From the NCBI GenBank assembly GCA_963838395.1, contig CAWIQX010000014.1, forward strand, positions 654,869 through 718,868: a stretch of DNA of 64,000 nt. Reading direction: 5' to 3'. The notes beneath the pieces were generated by a model that did not search any database, was not told the origin of the DNA, and saw only the letters and a program-made list of their open reading frames with translations. Shown piece by piece: positions 36,585 through 45,549 of the stretch. This DNA comes from an uncultured Actinomycetes bacterium (GTDB taxonomy: Bacteria > Actinomycetota > Thermoleophilia > Gaiellales > Gaiellaceae). Each line of letters starts with the position of its first letter. Within the stretch, counting starts at the first letter, position 1. The position numbers were made by a program, and so were the translations under genes.

Positions 36585-37022
36585 CTAGGCCTTGGCCTGT
36601 TCGAGCGCCCACTCGCGGGCGGACTGGACGACTTCGTGCGGCAGCCGCTCGAATGCGAGCAGCTCCCCGCCCGCGTCACGCATCGCCTGAGTCACCTTGC
36701 GCGCCCAGACGTTCTCCCACACGAGCAACGCCGCGGACGAGTTCGGCTCGAGCCCATCGGCGGCATCCATCAGATCGTCCTCGTTCAAGAGGCCGTTGAT
36801 TTCGATGCCTGCCTTTTCCAGACCCTCCTGGACGTCGGGGTCGAGCTCTGTGAGCTCCATCGCGATCGCGTTTCCGTCCTGGTCCTTGCCGACGAAGGCG
36901 ATGTCGATGACGCGGATCGTGCCGGCATCCACGAGGTCGGCGATGGCAGGCGCGATCTCTCCCCGGAAGCGATTCCCGGGGAAGGCGATGATCGCGTAGT
37001 CGACTGGTCCGATTTCTTCCAT
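36585..37022 (-). CDS. Conserved soluble protein of unknown function (about 145 aa)
   Basis: MEEIGPVDYAIIAFPGNRFRGEIAPAIADLVDAGTIRVIDIAFV...EPNSSAALLVWENVWA. SD GGGAGAGGAG upstream. From memory it resembles an actinobacterial DUF family often found next to SHOCT proteins (unverified). Confidence 0.6.
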   Translation of the reverse strand: MEEIGPVDYAIIAFPGNRFRGEIAPAIADLVDAGTIRVIDIAFVGKDQDGNAIAMELTELDPDVQEGLEKAGIEINGLLNEDDLMDAADGLEPNSSAALLVWENVWARKVTQAMRDAGGELLAFERLPHEVVQSAREWALEQAKA

Positions 37023-37038
37023 GCGCTTCTCCTCTCCC

Positions 37039-37437
37039 TTACGACGCTGCGAGCGCCTTTTGCTTGATCGCGTCGAACTCGGACTGCGTGATCGCTCCGG
37101 AGTCGAGGAGGCCCTTCGCCTTCTCGATCTCGGCTGCGGCACCGCCGCTACCGGCGACCGACTTCACGTAGTCGTCCATCTGCGCCTGCTTGGCTCTCAT
37201 CTGCTCGATGTTTCTCTCGGTCATGCCGTCGTGGTTGGCGATGAGGTAGATGAACACTCCGAGATACGGCAACAGGATCACGAAGATCATCCAGAGCACC
37301 TTCCCAGCCCCGGAAGTGTCGCGACGACGGAAGATGTCGGTGAAGACCGTGATCAGGAGCCAGAACCAGATCACCCATGCGAAAAAGATCAACATCGTCC
37401 AGACGATGTCGAGGAACGGATAGTCAGCTGCGATCAA
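37039..37437 (-). CDS. PLDc_N-like 2-TM module fused to a SHOCT domain (paralogue of 34701..35090)
   Basis: Start is set at TTG 37437, 7 nt after AAGGAGG, aligning with the paralogue's N-terminus (LIAADYPFLD). The listed ORF start at 37464 is another TTG with no SD. Motifs GKVLWMIFVILLPYLGVFIYLI and AKGLLDSGAITQSEFDAIKQKAL. Confidence 0.75.
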   Translation of the reverse strand: MIAADYPFLDIVWTMLIFFAWVIWFWLLITVFTDIFRRRDTSGAGKVLWMIFVILLPYLGVFIYLIANHDGMTERNIEQMRAKQAQMDDYVKSVAGSGGAAAEIEKAKGLLDSGAITQSEFDAIKQKALAAS

Positions 37438-37638
37438 CCTGAGACCTCCTTGAGGGACGTTCAACCCAGGTGTTCTACCGTTTTCCGGAAGCCCGTGTAC
37501 TCACCCGACTCGCGCCCGAATCGGAGCCGTTCGCCTCACGCGTGTTGAATACGAACCGGTGAGCACCGAAATCCGTTCGGAAGCGGCCTTGCCGGCGCCG
37601 TCGATCGTCGACGCGAAGCTCGTGGGGCGGATTCGGCA

Positions 37639-38466
37639 GTGAATCTGGTCTGGGGCGCTCTCGTCCTCGTCGCAACCGTCGGAGTCGCCGTCGCGGCGAT
37701 GCTGCTCGTTCGTCGCCGAGCACCCGAGGGCAGCTACTTCTCGGACGGTGACCGCGCGTCCGGGGTCTTCGGTGTGCTGGCGACGGGATTCGCGATCTTC
37801 GCGGGGTTCGTCATCTTCCTCGCGTTTTCGAGCTACGACCTGTCTCGGACCGGCGGTGAAGCCGAGGCGCTGGCAGTAGTGCAGCAGTTCGAGACGGCGC
37901 AGTTTCTTCCGAGCGAGGCCCGCGACCGCCTGAGCGGAGAGCTCGTGTGTTACGCGAGGTCGGTCGTGCACGAGGAATGGCCGCGGATGGAGGACGGCAC
38001 CGCGGGCGATTCGATCAACCCCTGGAGCCTCGCGCTCTTTCGGAGCCTCGAGACCGTGAGCCCGACCAGGTCCTCGGAGGAGGCCGCCTACGGGAAGTGG
38101 CTCGACCAGACGTCCGACCGCGAGGAAGCGCGACGTGATCGTCTGCACGGCGCGTCCGGCATCATCCCGACCTCCATCTGGCTCGTGCTCTTCTTCGTGG
38201 CGGGAGTCGTCTTCGCCTACATGCTGTTCTTCGCCGACAGCGGGGAGCGAGCCGGTTCGCAGGCAATGCTGATGGGCTCTGCGACCGCGGTCGTCGTCGC
38301 GACGCTGCTCGCGATCCACGCGCTCGACAACCCGTATCAAGCCGGGGTGGGGAACATCGAGCCCGTTGCGATGGAACGCTCGCTCTCGTTGATCGAGGAG
38401 GCGCGGACGGTCCTGCGTGACACGGGCGCAGTTCCGTGCGACGCGCGCGGAGCTGCGACGCGATGA
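37639..38466 (+). CDS. Hypothetical membrane protein (N-terminal TM pair, central soluble region, C-terminal TM pair)
   Basis: 275-aa ORF with a GTG start and good coding-like composition. From memory it resembles the DUF4239 architecture (unverified). Confidence 0.55.
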   Translation: MNLVWGALVLVATVGVAVAAMLLVRRRAPEGSYFSDGDRASGVFGVLATGFAIFAGFVIFLAFSSYDLSRTGGEAEALAVVQQFETAQFLPSEARDRLSGELVCYARSVVHEEWPRMEDGTAGDSINPWSLALFRSLETVSPTRSSEEAAYGKWLDQTSDREEARRDRLHGASGIIPTSIWLVLFFVAGVVFAYMLFFADSGERAGSQAMLMGSATAVVVATLLAIHALDNPYQAGVGNIEPVAMERSLSLIEEARTVLRDTGAVPCDARGAATR

Positions 38467-39080
38467 CCGACCGCACCGAGCTAGCCGCGACAATCTTGCT
38501 GGCGTTCGCCGCAGTCGCGACCGCGTGGTGCAGCTATCAGGCGACTCGCTGGAACGGCGAGCAGGCGAAGGCATCGGGCCAGACGAACGCGATCCGTATC
38601 GAAGCGGCGCGGGCTCAGGGGCTCTCGGAGGCGCAGACCCAGGTCGACGTCGCCACGTTCACCCAGTGGGTCGATGCCTACGCTCGTGAAGAGTCGGACC
38701 TGGCCGACTTCTACTTCCTTCGTTTTCGGAAGGAGTTCAAGCCGGCCGTCGACGCATGGATCGCGACACGGCCGTTGAAGACTCCGAACGCTCCGCTGAG
38801 CCCGTTCGCGATGCCGCAGTACCGGCTGGCTGCGGCTCAGGAAGCCGACCGGCTGGACGCCGAGGCCGAAGTGTCCGCTGCTGCAGTACGGCGCAACATC
38901 CAACGAGCGTCGAACTACGTGCTCGGAGTCGTTCTCTGTGCGGTTTCGCTCTTCTTCGCCGGGATGAGCACGAAGCTTCGCGATCCGCGGCTACGCAAGG
39001 TCACCGTCGCACTCGGGTGCATTCTCTTCCTCGGCGCGGTCGTCTGGATCGCGACCTTTCCCATAAGCGTCGCCGTCTGA
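38463..39080 (+). CDS. Hypothetical membrane protein
   Basis: 205 aa from MTDRTELAATILLAFAAVATAW. The ATG overlaps the upstream stop (ATGA). One N-terminal and two C-terminal TM helices. Confidence 0.55.
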   Translation: MTDRTELAATILLAFAAVATAWCSYQATRWNGEQAKASGQTNAIRIEAARAQGLSEAQTQVDVATFTQWVDAYAREESDLADFYFLRFRKEFKPAVDAWIATRPLKTPNAPLSPFAMPQYRLAAAQEADRLDAEAEVSAAAVRRNIQRASNYVLGVVLCAVSLFFAGMSTKLRDPRLRKVTVALGCILFLGAVVWIATFPISVAV

Positions 39081-39087
39081 ACCCGCC

Positions 39088-40332
39088 GTGACGTGGGCGC
39101 TCGCCACCCTCGCGCTCGCCCTGCTGGCCTTCGCAGCGATCTCGGGTCGCATCGTCGGAACTCCGATCACGTCGGCGATGGTGTTCACGGGCGTCGGGCT
39201 GCTCGTCGGAGTGGACGCGCTCGGTCTGGTGGAGTTCCCGCCGACGGGAGAGACCATCAAGCTCCTCGCCGAGGCGACCTTGACCATCGTGCTCTTTTCC
39301 GATGCTTCGCGTATCGACGTGCGCGCACTTCGCGGAGAGATCGGTATCCCCGCCCGGTTACTCGGGATCGGTCTTCCGCTCACGCTCATGGCCGGTTTTC
39401 TCGCTGCCCTTGGCGTTCTCGGGGAGCTGACATGGGCTGAAGCCCTCGTTCTCGCGGTCGTGTTGGCGCCGACCGACGCCGCACTTGGCCAGGCGGTCGT
39501 CACGCTGCCGCGCCTCCCGTTGCGGATCCGGCAAGGCCTGAACGTCGAGAGTGGGCTCAACGACGGCATCTGCGTGCCGCTCTTCCTCGTTGCGCTCGCG
39601 GTGGCACAGGCCGAGACCGGCGCGATCGGCGACGGCGCGGCCGCCCGCCTCGTCTCGGAGCAGATCGGGTACGGGATCCTGGGCGGCATCGTCGCCGGCG
39701 CTGTCGCCGCGGCCGTCGTCGTCATGGCGTCCAGACACGGGCTCGTGGAGGCGGGCTGGCTCCAGATCGTGCCGCTCGCCGGCGCAGGACTCGCGTACGG
39801 GATCGCATCACCGCTCGGGGGCTCCGGCTTCATCGCCGCGTTCGTCGGAGGATTCGTCTTCGGGTGGCTGCGCAGGCAGCGCGGAGGAGAGGTGGGCTAC
39901 TTGCTCGAGCAGGGCGGCTCGATTCTCGGCGCGGTGACGTTCGTCGTCTTCGGCGCCGTCCTGCTCGGGCCTGCGCTCGGCGAGCTGACCATGCCCATCG
40001 CGCTGTACGCGGTGCTCAGCTTGACGGTCGTGCGAATGCTGCCCGTCGCGATCGCCCTCCTCGGGACGGCCGCGCGGAGACCTACGGTCGGATTCCTGGG
40101 CTGGTTCGGGCCCCGGGGACTGGCCTCCATCGTGTTCGCGATCATCCTCGTCGAGGAGGGCGGCCTGCCTCACGACGACACGATCCTCACCACCGTGTAC
40201 GTCACCATCGGCCTCTCGGTCCTCGCGCACGGCCTCTCGGCGGCACCGCTTGCAGAGCGCTATGCGCGCTGGTTCGAGTCCACTTCCGAGGGGCGCGGGA
40301 GGCCGTCCTCCCGTACTCCGAGCGCGTCGTAG
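39088..40332 (+). CDS. Monovalent cation/H+ antiporter (CPA1, NhaP-type Na+/H+ exchanger)
   Basis: Intact 414 aa, about 11-12 TM. Motifs VVLAPTDAALGQAVV and GLNVESGLNDGICVPLF are typical of Na+/H+ exchanger family members. Confidence 0.8.
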   Translation: MTWALATLALALLAFAAISGRIVGTPITSAMVFTGVGLLVGVDALGLVEFPPTGETIKLLAEATLTIVLFSDASRIDVRALRGEIGIPARLLGIGLPLTLMAGFLAALGVLGELTWAEALVLAVVLAPTDAALGQAVVTLPRLPLRIRQGLNVESGLNDGICVPLFLVALAVAQAETGAIGDGAAARLVSEQIGYGILGGIVAGAVAAAVVVMASRHGLVEAGWLQIVPLAGAGLAYGIASPLGGSGFIAAFVGGFVFGWLRRQRGGEVGYLLEQGGSILGAVTFVVFGAVLLGPALGELTMPIALYAVLSLTVVRMLPVAIALLGTAARRPTVGFLGWFGPRGLASIVFAIILVEEGGLPHDDTILTTVYVTIGLSVLAHGLSAAPLAERYARWFESTSEGRGRPSSRTPSAS

Positions 40333-40336
40333 CGTC

Positions 40337-41837
40337 CTACGTCTTCGGCGTCGACCAGTCGGCGGGCACGTCTCCTCCGCCTTCCTGGGCGAGCCGTCGC
40401 CCGAAGCGAAGGAACGCAGGGTGGGGAGCGATCAGACCGGCAGCGAGCGACTCACCCTGGCGGAAGGTCGTCGCCCGGTCGAGCAAGCTCGGCGGTACGA
40501 ACGAGAACACCCCGCTCACGAAGCCGAGGTCGGCGAGCGAGTTCATCCGCATCAGCAGGAGGTTGTCGCACTGCGAGAGCACGTTCTCGTGCACCTTCTG
40601 CGGCCGCTGCGTCGAAACGAGAAGGTAGAGCCCGAACTTGCGCCCTTCGCCGGCGATCCGGACCGCGTACTCGGTCGCGATCGCGGTCAACGGATCGTCG
40701 GGCCGCGCGGGGCAGACGTTGTGCGCCTCGTCCACGACGATCAGGAGCGGCCTGCGCTCCTCGCGACGCCGCCACAGCTCCCCGAGAACCGCCGCCGAGG
40801 CCAACGCCTGTTCCTGTCTGGTCGAGAGGGAGCCGAGGTCGACGACGAGGCAGCGCACGCCGTCCTGCGCGAGCTCGGGCAGTATCGAGCGTCCCTCCCC
40901 ACCACCCGCCCAGATGCCCCAGCGAAGCAGGCCGAGGTTCCGCGCGCGGCTCACCAGGCGCCGGCCCTCCTCGCCGCCGTCGCGCTCGAGCCGCTGCGAG
41001 CTGATCCTGAGATAGCGCCTCGCCGCCTTCCGTCAGCGCCGCGAGCTCCGCGTACTCCTCGCGGTCGGTCACCGGGTCGAGCCGCAGAGCGGCCGCCTGC
41101 ACTGCCGGTTCGAGCTCCGCCAGCAGGAGCGCGAGTCCGTCGCCCGCCCGCCGCACGGCCAGCGAACGCGTTGCTTCGGAGTAGCGCGCAGCGCTCGAGT
41201 CGTCAGCGTCGGGCCGCAACGCCCCGAGCCGCACGAAGTCCGAGTTCGGGTCGAGTACGACGATCTGCAGATCGGTCTCGAGGAGCAACTGCTCGAGCAC
41301 CACGCCGAGCGAGTACGTCTTGCCGGATCCCGACTGGCCACACAAGAAGGTGTGGCGCCCGAAACCACCCGCGTCCAGAGAGAACGGCACGCCGGGCGCA
41401 AGCAGCAACTCCCCGACCTCCAGGCGCGCTCGTCGCGGGGCGGTTTCCTCGAGGTGGTCGCGTACCTCGTCGGAGGTCGCCGGCCGTACCGTTGCATCGT
41501 GGAACGGTGAACCGTCACCGCTCAGGACTCGACCCTCCCCTTCCGCTCCGCGGATCACGACCTGAGCGCGGTGGCCACCGGCGCCGCTGGGGGCGAGATC
41601 AGGTCCCTGGTGGCGACCGATACCGAGGGTTACAACCTGGCCGAGCCGGCGCCCGTCATCCTGTTCGAGTACCACGTACGACCCGGCCTGGAGCTCGAGT
41701 CCGTGGAGTGACGCTTGATAGGAGAAGCGCCGCCCGTCGACCGAGGTCGCCAGTGGAAGGATCCTCTCTTCGAGCTGTCGGCGGACGGCTCGGTAGCGGT
41801 CGAGGCTCTCCTGCATGTCGACGGCCGCGTCGCTCAC
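40337..41837 (-). CDS. HerA/FtsK-like (DUF87-type) ATPase, no adjacent partner gene (one frame disruption near 41015)
   Basis: HAS-barrel-like N-domain (SYVVLEQDDGRRLGQVVTL). Walker A CGQSGSGKTYSLG. Walker B LLIVVDEAHNV (in ORF 40337..40954). LYLLVSTQRPQKV. GTG start 6 nt after TAGGGT. Confidence 0.8.
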
Positions 41838-41859
41838 GGCCGGACCCTACCGCCCGTTA

Positions 41860-42552
41860 TCAGGTGCCGAGCACCGACAGGCAGAACCCGACCACGGTCG
41901 CTGCGCCGGCGAGTGCGCCTCCCCGGTCGTAGGCGAAGGGCATCAGCGAGTTGGTCAGCATCGCGAGCAGGCCGCCTGCCGCAAGCGCCGCCATCCGGTC
42001 GCCGTTCGCTGCTCCGCTTGCGTCCGCTGCCAGGTAGCCCAGTGCCGCAGCGACTCCGCAGGCCAGGACGACCGCCAGCCAGAGCGTTCCGAGACGGCGG
42101 ACGCTCCAGCCCGATGCGGCCAGGTCCGCAGAAGGCGCCATCGCCTGGGGGATGTTCGAGACGAAGACCGCGGCGAGGAAGCTGATGCTGACGGGAAAGT
42201 CGGTGGCGATCTGGATGCCGAAGATGATCGACTCGGGCACGCCGTCGACCACGGAGCCGACGACGATGCCCATCGCGCCGCCCGCTCCCTCGCTGCCGAA
42301 GCGGCGCTCCACGATCGCGTCTCCACCGAGGAACACCGCGACGCCGATCAACATCCAGAGCGCCAGCTCCCACGATCCGAGCCCTTCCGCCTCGGCGAGG
42401 AGATCGAACGAGACGGCTGCGATCAGGGCGCCCGCGCCGAAGCCGGCGAGGATGCCGATGATTCGGCGCGGCACGGTGACCCAGCAGACGAGCAGGCCGG
42501 CGAGCAGGAGCGAGGACTGCGCGAGCGTTCCGAGTCCAAACGCCTCGAGCAT
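41860..42552 (-). CDS. ZIP-family (GufA/ZupT-like) metal permease
   Basis: 230 aa, about 7-8 TM. ZIP-like helix motifs VDGVPES and VSNIPQA, degenerate forms of HNxPEG. 9 nt downstream of the AI-2E gene. Confidence 0.7.
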   Translation of the reverse strand: MLEAFGLGTLAQSSLLLAGLLVCWVTVPRRIIGILAGFGAGALIAAVSFDLLAEAEGLGSWELALWMLIGVAVFLGGDAIVERRFGSEGAGGAMGIVVGSVVDGVPESIIFGIQIATDFPVSISFLAAVFVSNIPQAMAPSADLAASGWSVRRLGTLWLAVVLACGVAAALGYLAADASGAANGDRMAALAAGGLLAMLTNSLMPFAYDRGGALAGAATVVGFCLSVLGT

Positions 42553-42561
42553 GCGGTATCC

Positions 42562-43800
42562 CTAGCGACCCGCGCGGAAGGCGAGCATCGTCATCGTGCG
42601 GTCCCGGCTCCGAAGAGGCCGTGTTCCATCCGGGGGTGGTTCATTAGTCGGCGGCCCTTCACGGGCTTTCGCAGCCGCCAGGTCGCGGCTGATGTGGACG
42701 GCGGCGGATACGAGCGGAGCCCCGAGGATAAGCCCGACCATCCCGAACAGGCTTCCGAAGCCGATCGTCGCGATGAGAACGACGAGCGGGTTGAGGTCGA
42801 GCGTGGCGCCGAACGCGATCGGCTGCACGACGTTCTGGAGCAGCCCGTTCGCGAGCAGCACGATCACGAGCATGATCAGCGCGGTGTCCGTCCCGCCCTC
42901 CGCGAGGGCGAGGAGCACGGCCAGCGCGCCGGACACGAAGGCGCCGATGAAGGGCACGTACGCGGTCACGAACGTGACGACGGCGATCGTCCCCCAGAGC
43001 GGGATGTCGAGAAGATACGCGCCGATCCCGACGACGAAGGCGTTGAATGCCGCGACGATCGAGACGCCGTAGAAGTACTGCCGAAGCGACTGCATCACGT
43101 TCCCCGTGATCGTCTGCGCCACGGCCAACGGGATGCCCAGGTTGCGATCGATGAAGCGGCGCACTGTGGGGCCGTCCTTGAGCAGGAACAGCGTGCTGAA
43201 GACCGCGAACGTGAGGAAGAAGACGAGCGACGTGAGCCCTCGGATGCCCTGTGCCAGGCCCTGGAGGAGGGTTGCACCGGCATCGGAGACGCTGCTCTTC
43301 GCATCGTCCGTGGCAGTCGAGGTGTCGTTCACCCCTGCGTCGTTGATCCAGCCCTCCACCTGGCCGACCGCATCCGAGACGCCCGCTTCGATCTCGGACG
43401 ACTGTTCGGCGATTCCCCCGAAGACGAGCAGGAAGACGACGACGCCGACGGCGATGAGCCCGAGCAGCACCACTATGGCACCAGCGATCCGAGGCAACCC
43501 GCGGGCCTGCATCTTCCTGACGGCCGGCCCTGCGACGGTGGCGAGGATGGCGCCGACGATCACGGGCTCGACGATGGTCGACGTGAGTCCCATCAGCCAG
43601 ATCAACCCGAAGAGGACGAGGCCGACGCCGACGAGGAACCAGGCGAGCAGCCCCAGGTCACGAAGCCACATCGGAGCCGAGAAGACCCGCGACAGCGAGG
43701 TTGCGTCGATCTTCACCACGTTCTCGTCGGGGACGGCCACCGCTTCCGGGACCTCGGGACCCCCTCGACGGAAACGATCGAACAACCCTCCCATCTTCAC
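42562..43800 (-). CDS. AI-2E family transporter (PerM/UPF0118)
   Basis: 412 aa, about 8 TM, with family-typical ..VTAYVPFIGAFVSGALAVLLAL.. and ..LLQNVVQPIAFG... Start is GTG 43800 or ATG 43794. Confidence 0.8.
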   Translation of the reverse strand: MKMGGLFDRFRRGGPEVPEAVAVPDENVVKIDATSLSRVFSAPMWLRDLGLLAWFLVGVGLVLFGLIWLMGLTSTIVEPVIVGAILATVAGPAVRKMQARGLPRIAGAIVVLLGLIAVGVVVFLLVFGGIAEQSSEIEAGVSDAVGQVEGWINDAGVNDTSTATDDAKSSVSDAGATLLQGLAQGIRGLTSLVFFLTFAVFSTLFLLKDGPTVRRFIDRNLGIPLAVAQTITGNVMQSLRQYFYGVSIVAAFNAFVVGIGAYLLDIPLWGTIAVVTFVTAYVPFIGAFVSGALAVLLALAEGGTDTALIMLVIVLLANGLLQNVVQPIAFGATLDLNPLVVLIATIGFGSLFGMVGLILGAPLVSAAVHISRDLAAAKAREGPPTNEPPPDGTRPLRSRDRTMTMLAFRAGR

Positions 43801-43906
43801 CGGCGCATTCTGTCGTGTGCAGCGGATGCGCGCTCACGCTCGTTCGAGCGACGGCTCACGGGGTCACTGCTATGGTCGGACATCGTCGCACTGGCCTCGC
43901 CAGATC

Positions 43907-44479
43907 ATGGCCTCTCTCAAACGGACACTCACCCTCCTTTCGGCCGCGTGCCTCGTTTCGCTGGCGCTCCTGGCGGCGGGCTGCGGCGGAGACGATGACA
44001 CGAGCCAGGCGTCCGGGTCTCCACCCGAGGAATGGGCTGACGGCTTCTGCTCGGCAATGAAGACGTGGACCGACGATCTGCAGGCAGCCGCGGAGCCCCT
44101 GACGAGCCTCTCATCGCTGTCCGAGGAGGGCATTCAGGAGGCGGCAGATGACGCGAAGTCCGCAACCGAGACTCTCGCCGACAGCCTGCAGAGCCTGGGT
44201 GCGCCCGACACGAGCTCGGGAGACCAGGTCGAGACCGCGGTCGAGGACCTGACTACGGATCTCGAGAGCGGTGTGCAGGAGATCGAGACCGCGGTGGAGG
44301 GCATTTCGAGTGCAGCCGACATTCCCGCAGCGCTCGGTAGCGTCACGACCACGCTAGGCGAGCTTGGCAGAGACGTCGGCACCGCCCTGCAGACGATCGG
44401 GGACGCGGACGCGAGCGGCGAGCTCGAGACGGCGTTCGAGGACGCCGACTCCTGCGGAGAGCTGACCGACTCCGACTAG
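43907..44479 (+). CDS. Acidic lipoprotein of unknown function (paralogue of 26959..27552)
   Basis: Lipobox LLAAGC after MASLKRTLTLLSAACLVSLA. 190 aa, D/E/T/S-rich, with two conserved Cys (EWADGFCSAMKTW, DADSCGEL). Confidence 0.65.
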   Translation: MASLKRTLTLLSAACLVSLALLAAGCGGDDDTSQASGSPPEEWADGFCSAMKTWTDDLQAAAEPLTSLSSLSEEGIQEAADDAKSATETLADSLQSLGAPDTSSGDQVETAVEDLTTDLESGVQEIETAVEGISSAADIPAALGSVTTTLGELGRDVGTALQTIGDADASGELETAFEDADSCGELTDSD

Positions 44480-44584
44480 CAACTCGTCTGGCCGGTCCTC
44501 TGGCGGTGCCACACCAGACGGGGACCGGGCAGGCAAGGCTGCGCTAGATTCACGCCAGCCGCCAGACCCGACGTTAGGGGCGAG

Positions 44585-45520
44585 ATGACCACGACGACCT
44601 CGAGCGAGACTCGGGCGCTCCGGAAGGGGATGCGCTGGATCCCCGGCGGCACCTTCGCGATGGGCTCCGAGGATCACTATCCGGAGGAGGCGCCGGTCCG
44701 CGAGGCGACGGTGGGAGGCTTCTGGCTCGACGAGCACCCGGTGACGAACCTCGAGTTCACGCGCTTCGTCAAGGAGACCGGGCACGTGACGGTAGCCGAG
44801 GTCGTGCCGGATCTCGACCGCTATCCCGGCGCGCAGCCCGAGCTCCTCTTCGCCGGGTCGGTCGTGTTTCAGCGCTCGACGGGCCCGGTCGACCTGAACG
44901 ACCCCTACCAATGGTGGTCGTGGCTTCGGGGGGCGGACTGGCGCCATCCGGAAGGGCCGGAGAGCTCGCTGCACGGGCGCGAGCGCCATCCCGTCGTGCA
45001 CGTCGCCTACGCGGACGCGGAAGCGTACGCAGCCTGGGCGGGAAAGGAGCTCCCGTCGGAGGCCGAATGGGAGTTCGCCGCGCGCGGCGGTCTCGAGGGC
45101 GCCGAGTACGCCTGGGGCGACGAGTACATGCCGAATGGACGACCACGGGCCAACACCTGGCAGGGCGAGTTCCCCTACGAGAACACCCTCCTGGACGGGT
45201 ACGAGGGCACCTCGCCCGTCGGCCGGTTTCCGGCGAACGGCTACGGGCTCCTGGACATGATCGCGAACGTCTGGGAGTGGACGACCGACTGGTACACGGC
45301 GGAGCACGTGCCCGCGTCGCCGTGCTGTGCGATCGACCCCCGCGAGGCGAGCATCGACCCGAACGACCAGACCGCGATCCCGCGTCGCGTGATGAAGGGC
45401 GGCTCGCACCTCTGCGCGCCGAACTACTGCCGTCGCTACCGACCCGCGGCCCGTATGGCACAGGCGATCGACACCTCGACCAGCCACCTCGGCTTCCGCT
45501 GTCTCGTGCGAGCGGCCTAG
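44585..45520 (+). CDS. Formylglycine-generating enzyme (SUMF1/FGE family)
   Basis: Intact 311 aa. Motifs RWIPGGTFAMGS, HPVVHVAYADAEAYAAWAGKELPSEAEWEFAARGG, GGSHLCAPNYCRRYRPAAR, LGFRC. Confidence 0.9.
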   Translation: MTTTTSSETRALRKGMRWIPGGTFAMGSEDHYPEEAPVREATVGGFWLDEHPVTNLEFTRFVKETGHVTVAEVVPDLDRYPGAQPELLFAGSVVFQRSTGPVDLNDPYQWWSWLRGADWRHPEGPESSLHGRERHPVVHVAYADAEAYAAWAGKELPSEAEWEFAARGGLEGAEYAWGDEYMPNGRPRANTWQGEFPYENTLLDGYEGTSPVGRFPANGYGLLDMIANVWEWTTDWYTAEHVPASPCCAIDPREASIDPNDQTAIPRRVMKGGSHLCAPNYCRRYRPAARMAQAIDTSTSHLGFRCLVRAA

Positions 45521-45549
45521 CCCCACCTTCCACGAAGGGAGCGACCACG

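Noticed and set aside
37438-37638. Divergent 201-nt control region with the palindrome TTCCGGAA (37483..37490) and scattered short complementary segments
   Set aside because: There is only one 8-bp palindrome plus chance-level 8-9 nt complementarities 100 nt apart. No convincing -35/-10 pair or repeated operator half-sites could be defined by eye.
40337-41837. HerA-like ATPase as part of a known anti-phage system (SIR2-HerA, DUF4297-HerA) or a HerA-NurA repair pair
   Set aside because: No SIR2, DUF4297-like, NurA or other nuclease or effector ORF is adjacent or anywhere in the window. It is reported only as an orphan.
44485-44528. Interleaved complementary 7-mers (CGTCTGG/CCAGACG and CCGGTCC/GGACCGG) that could form an H-type pseudoknot upstream of the FGE gene
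   Set aside because: Short GC-rich complementary heptamers are expected by chance in this composition. There is no recognisable riboswitch core and no supporting covariation is available.
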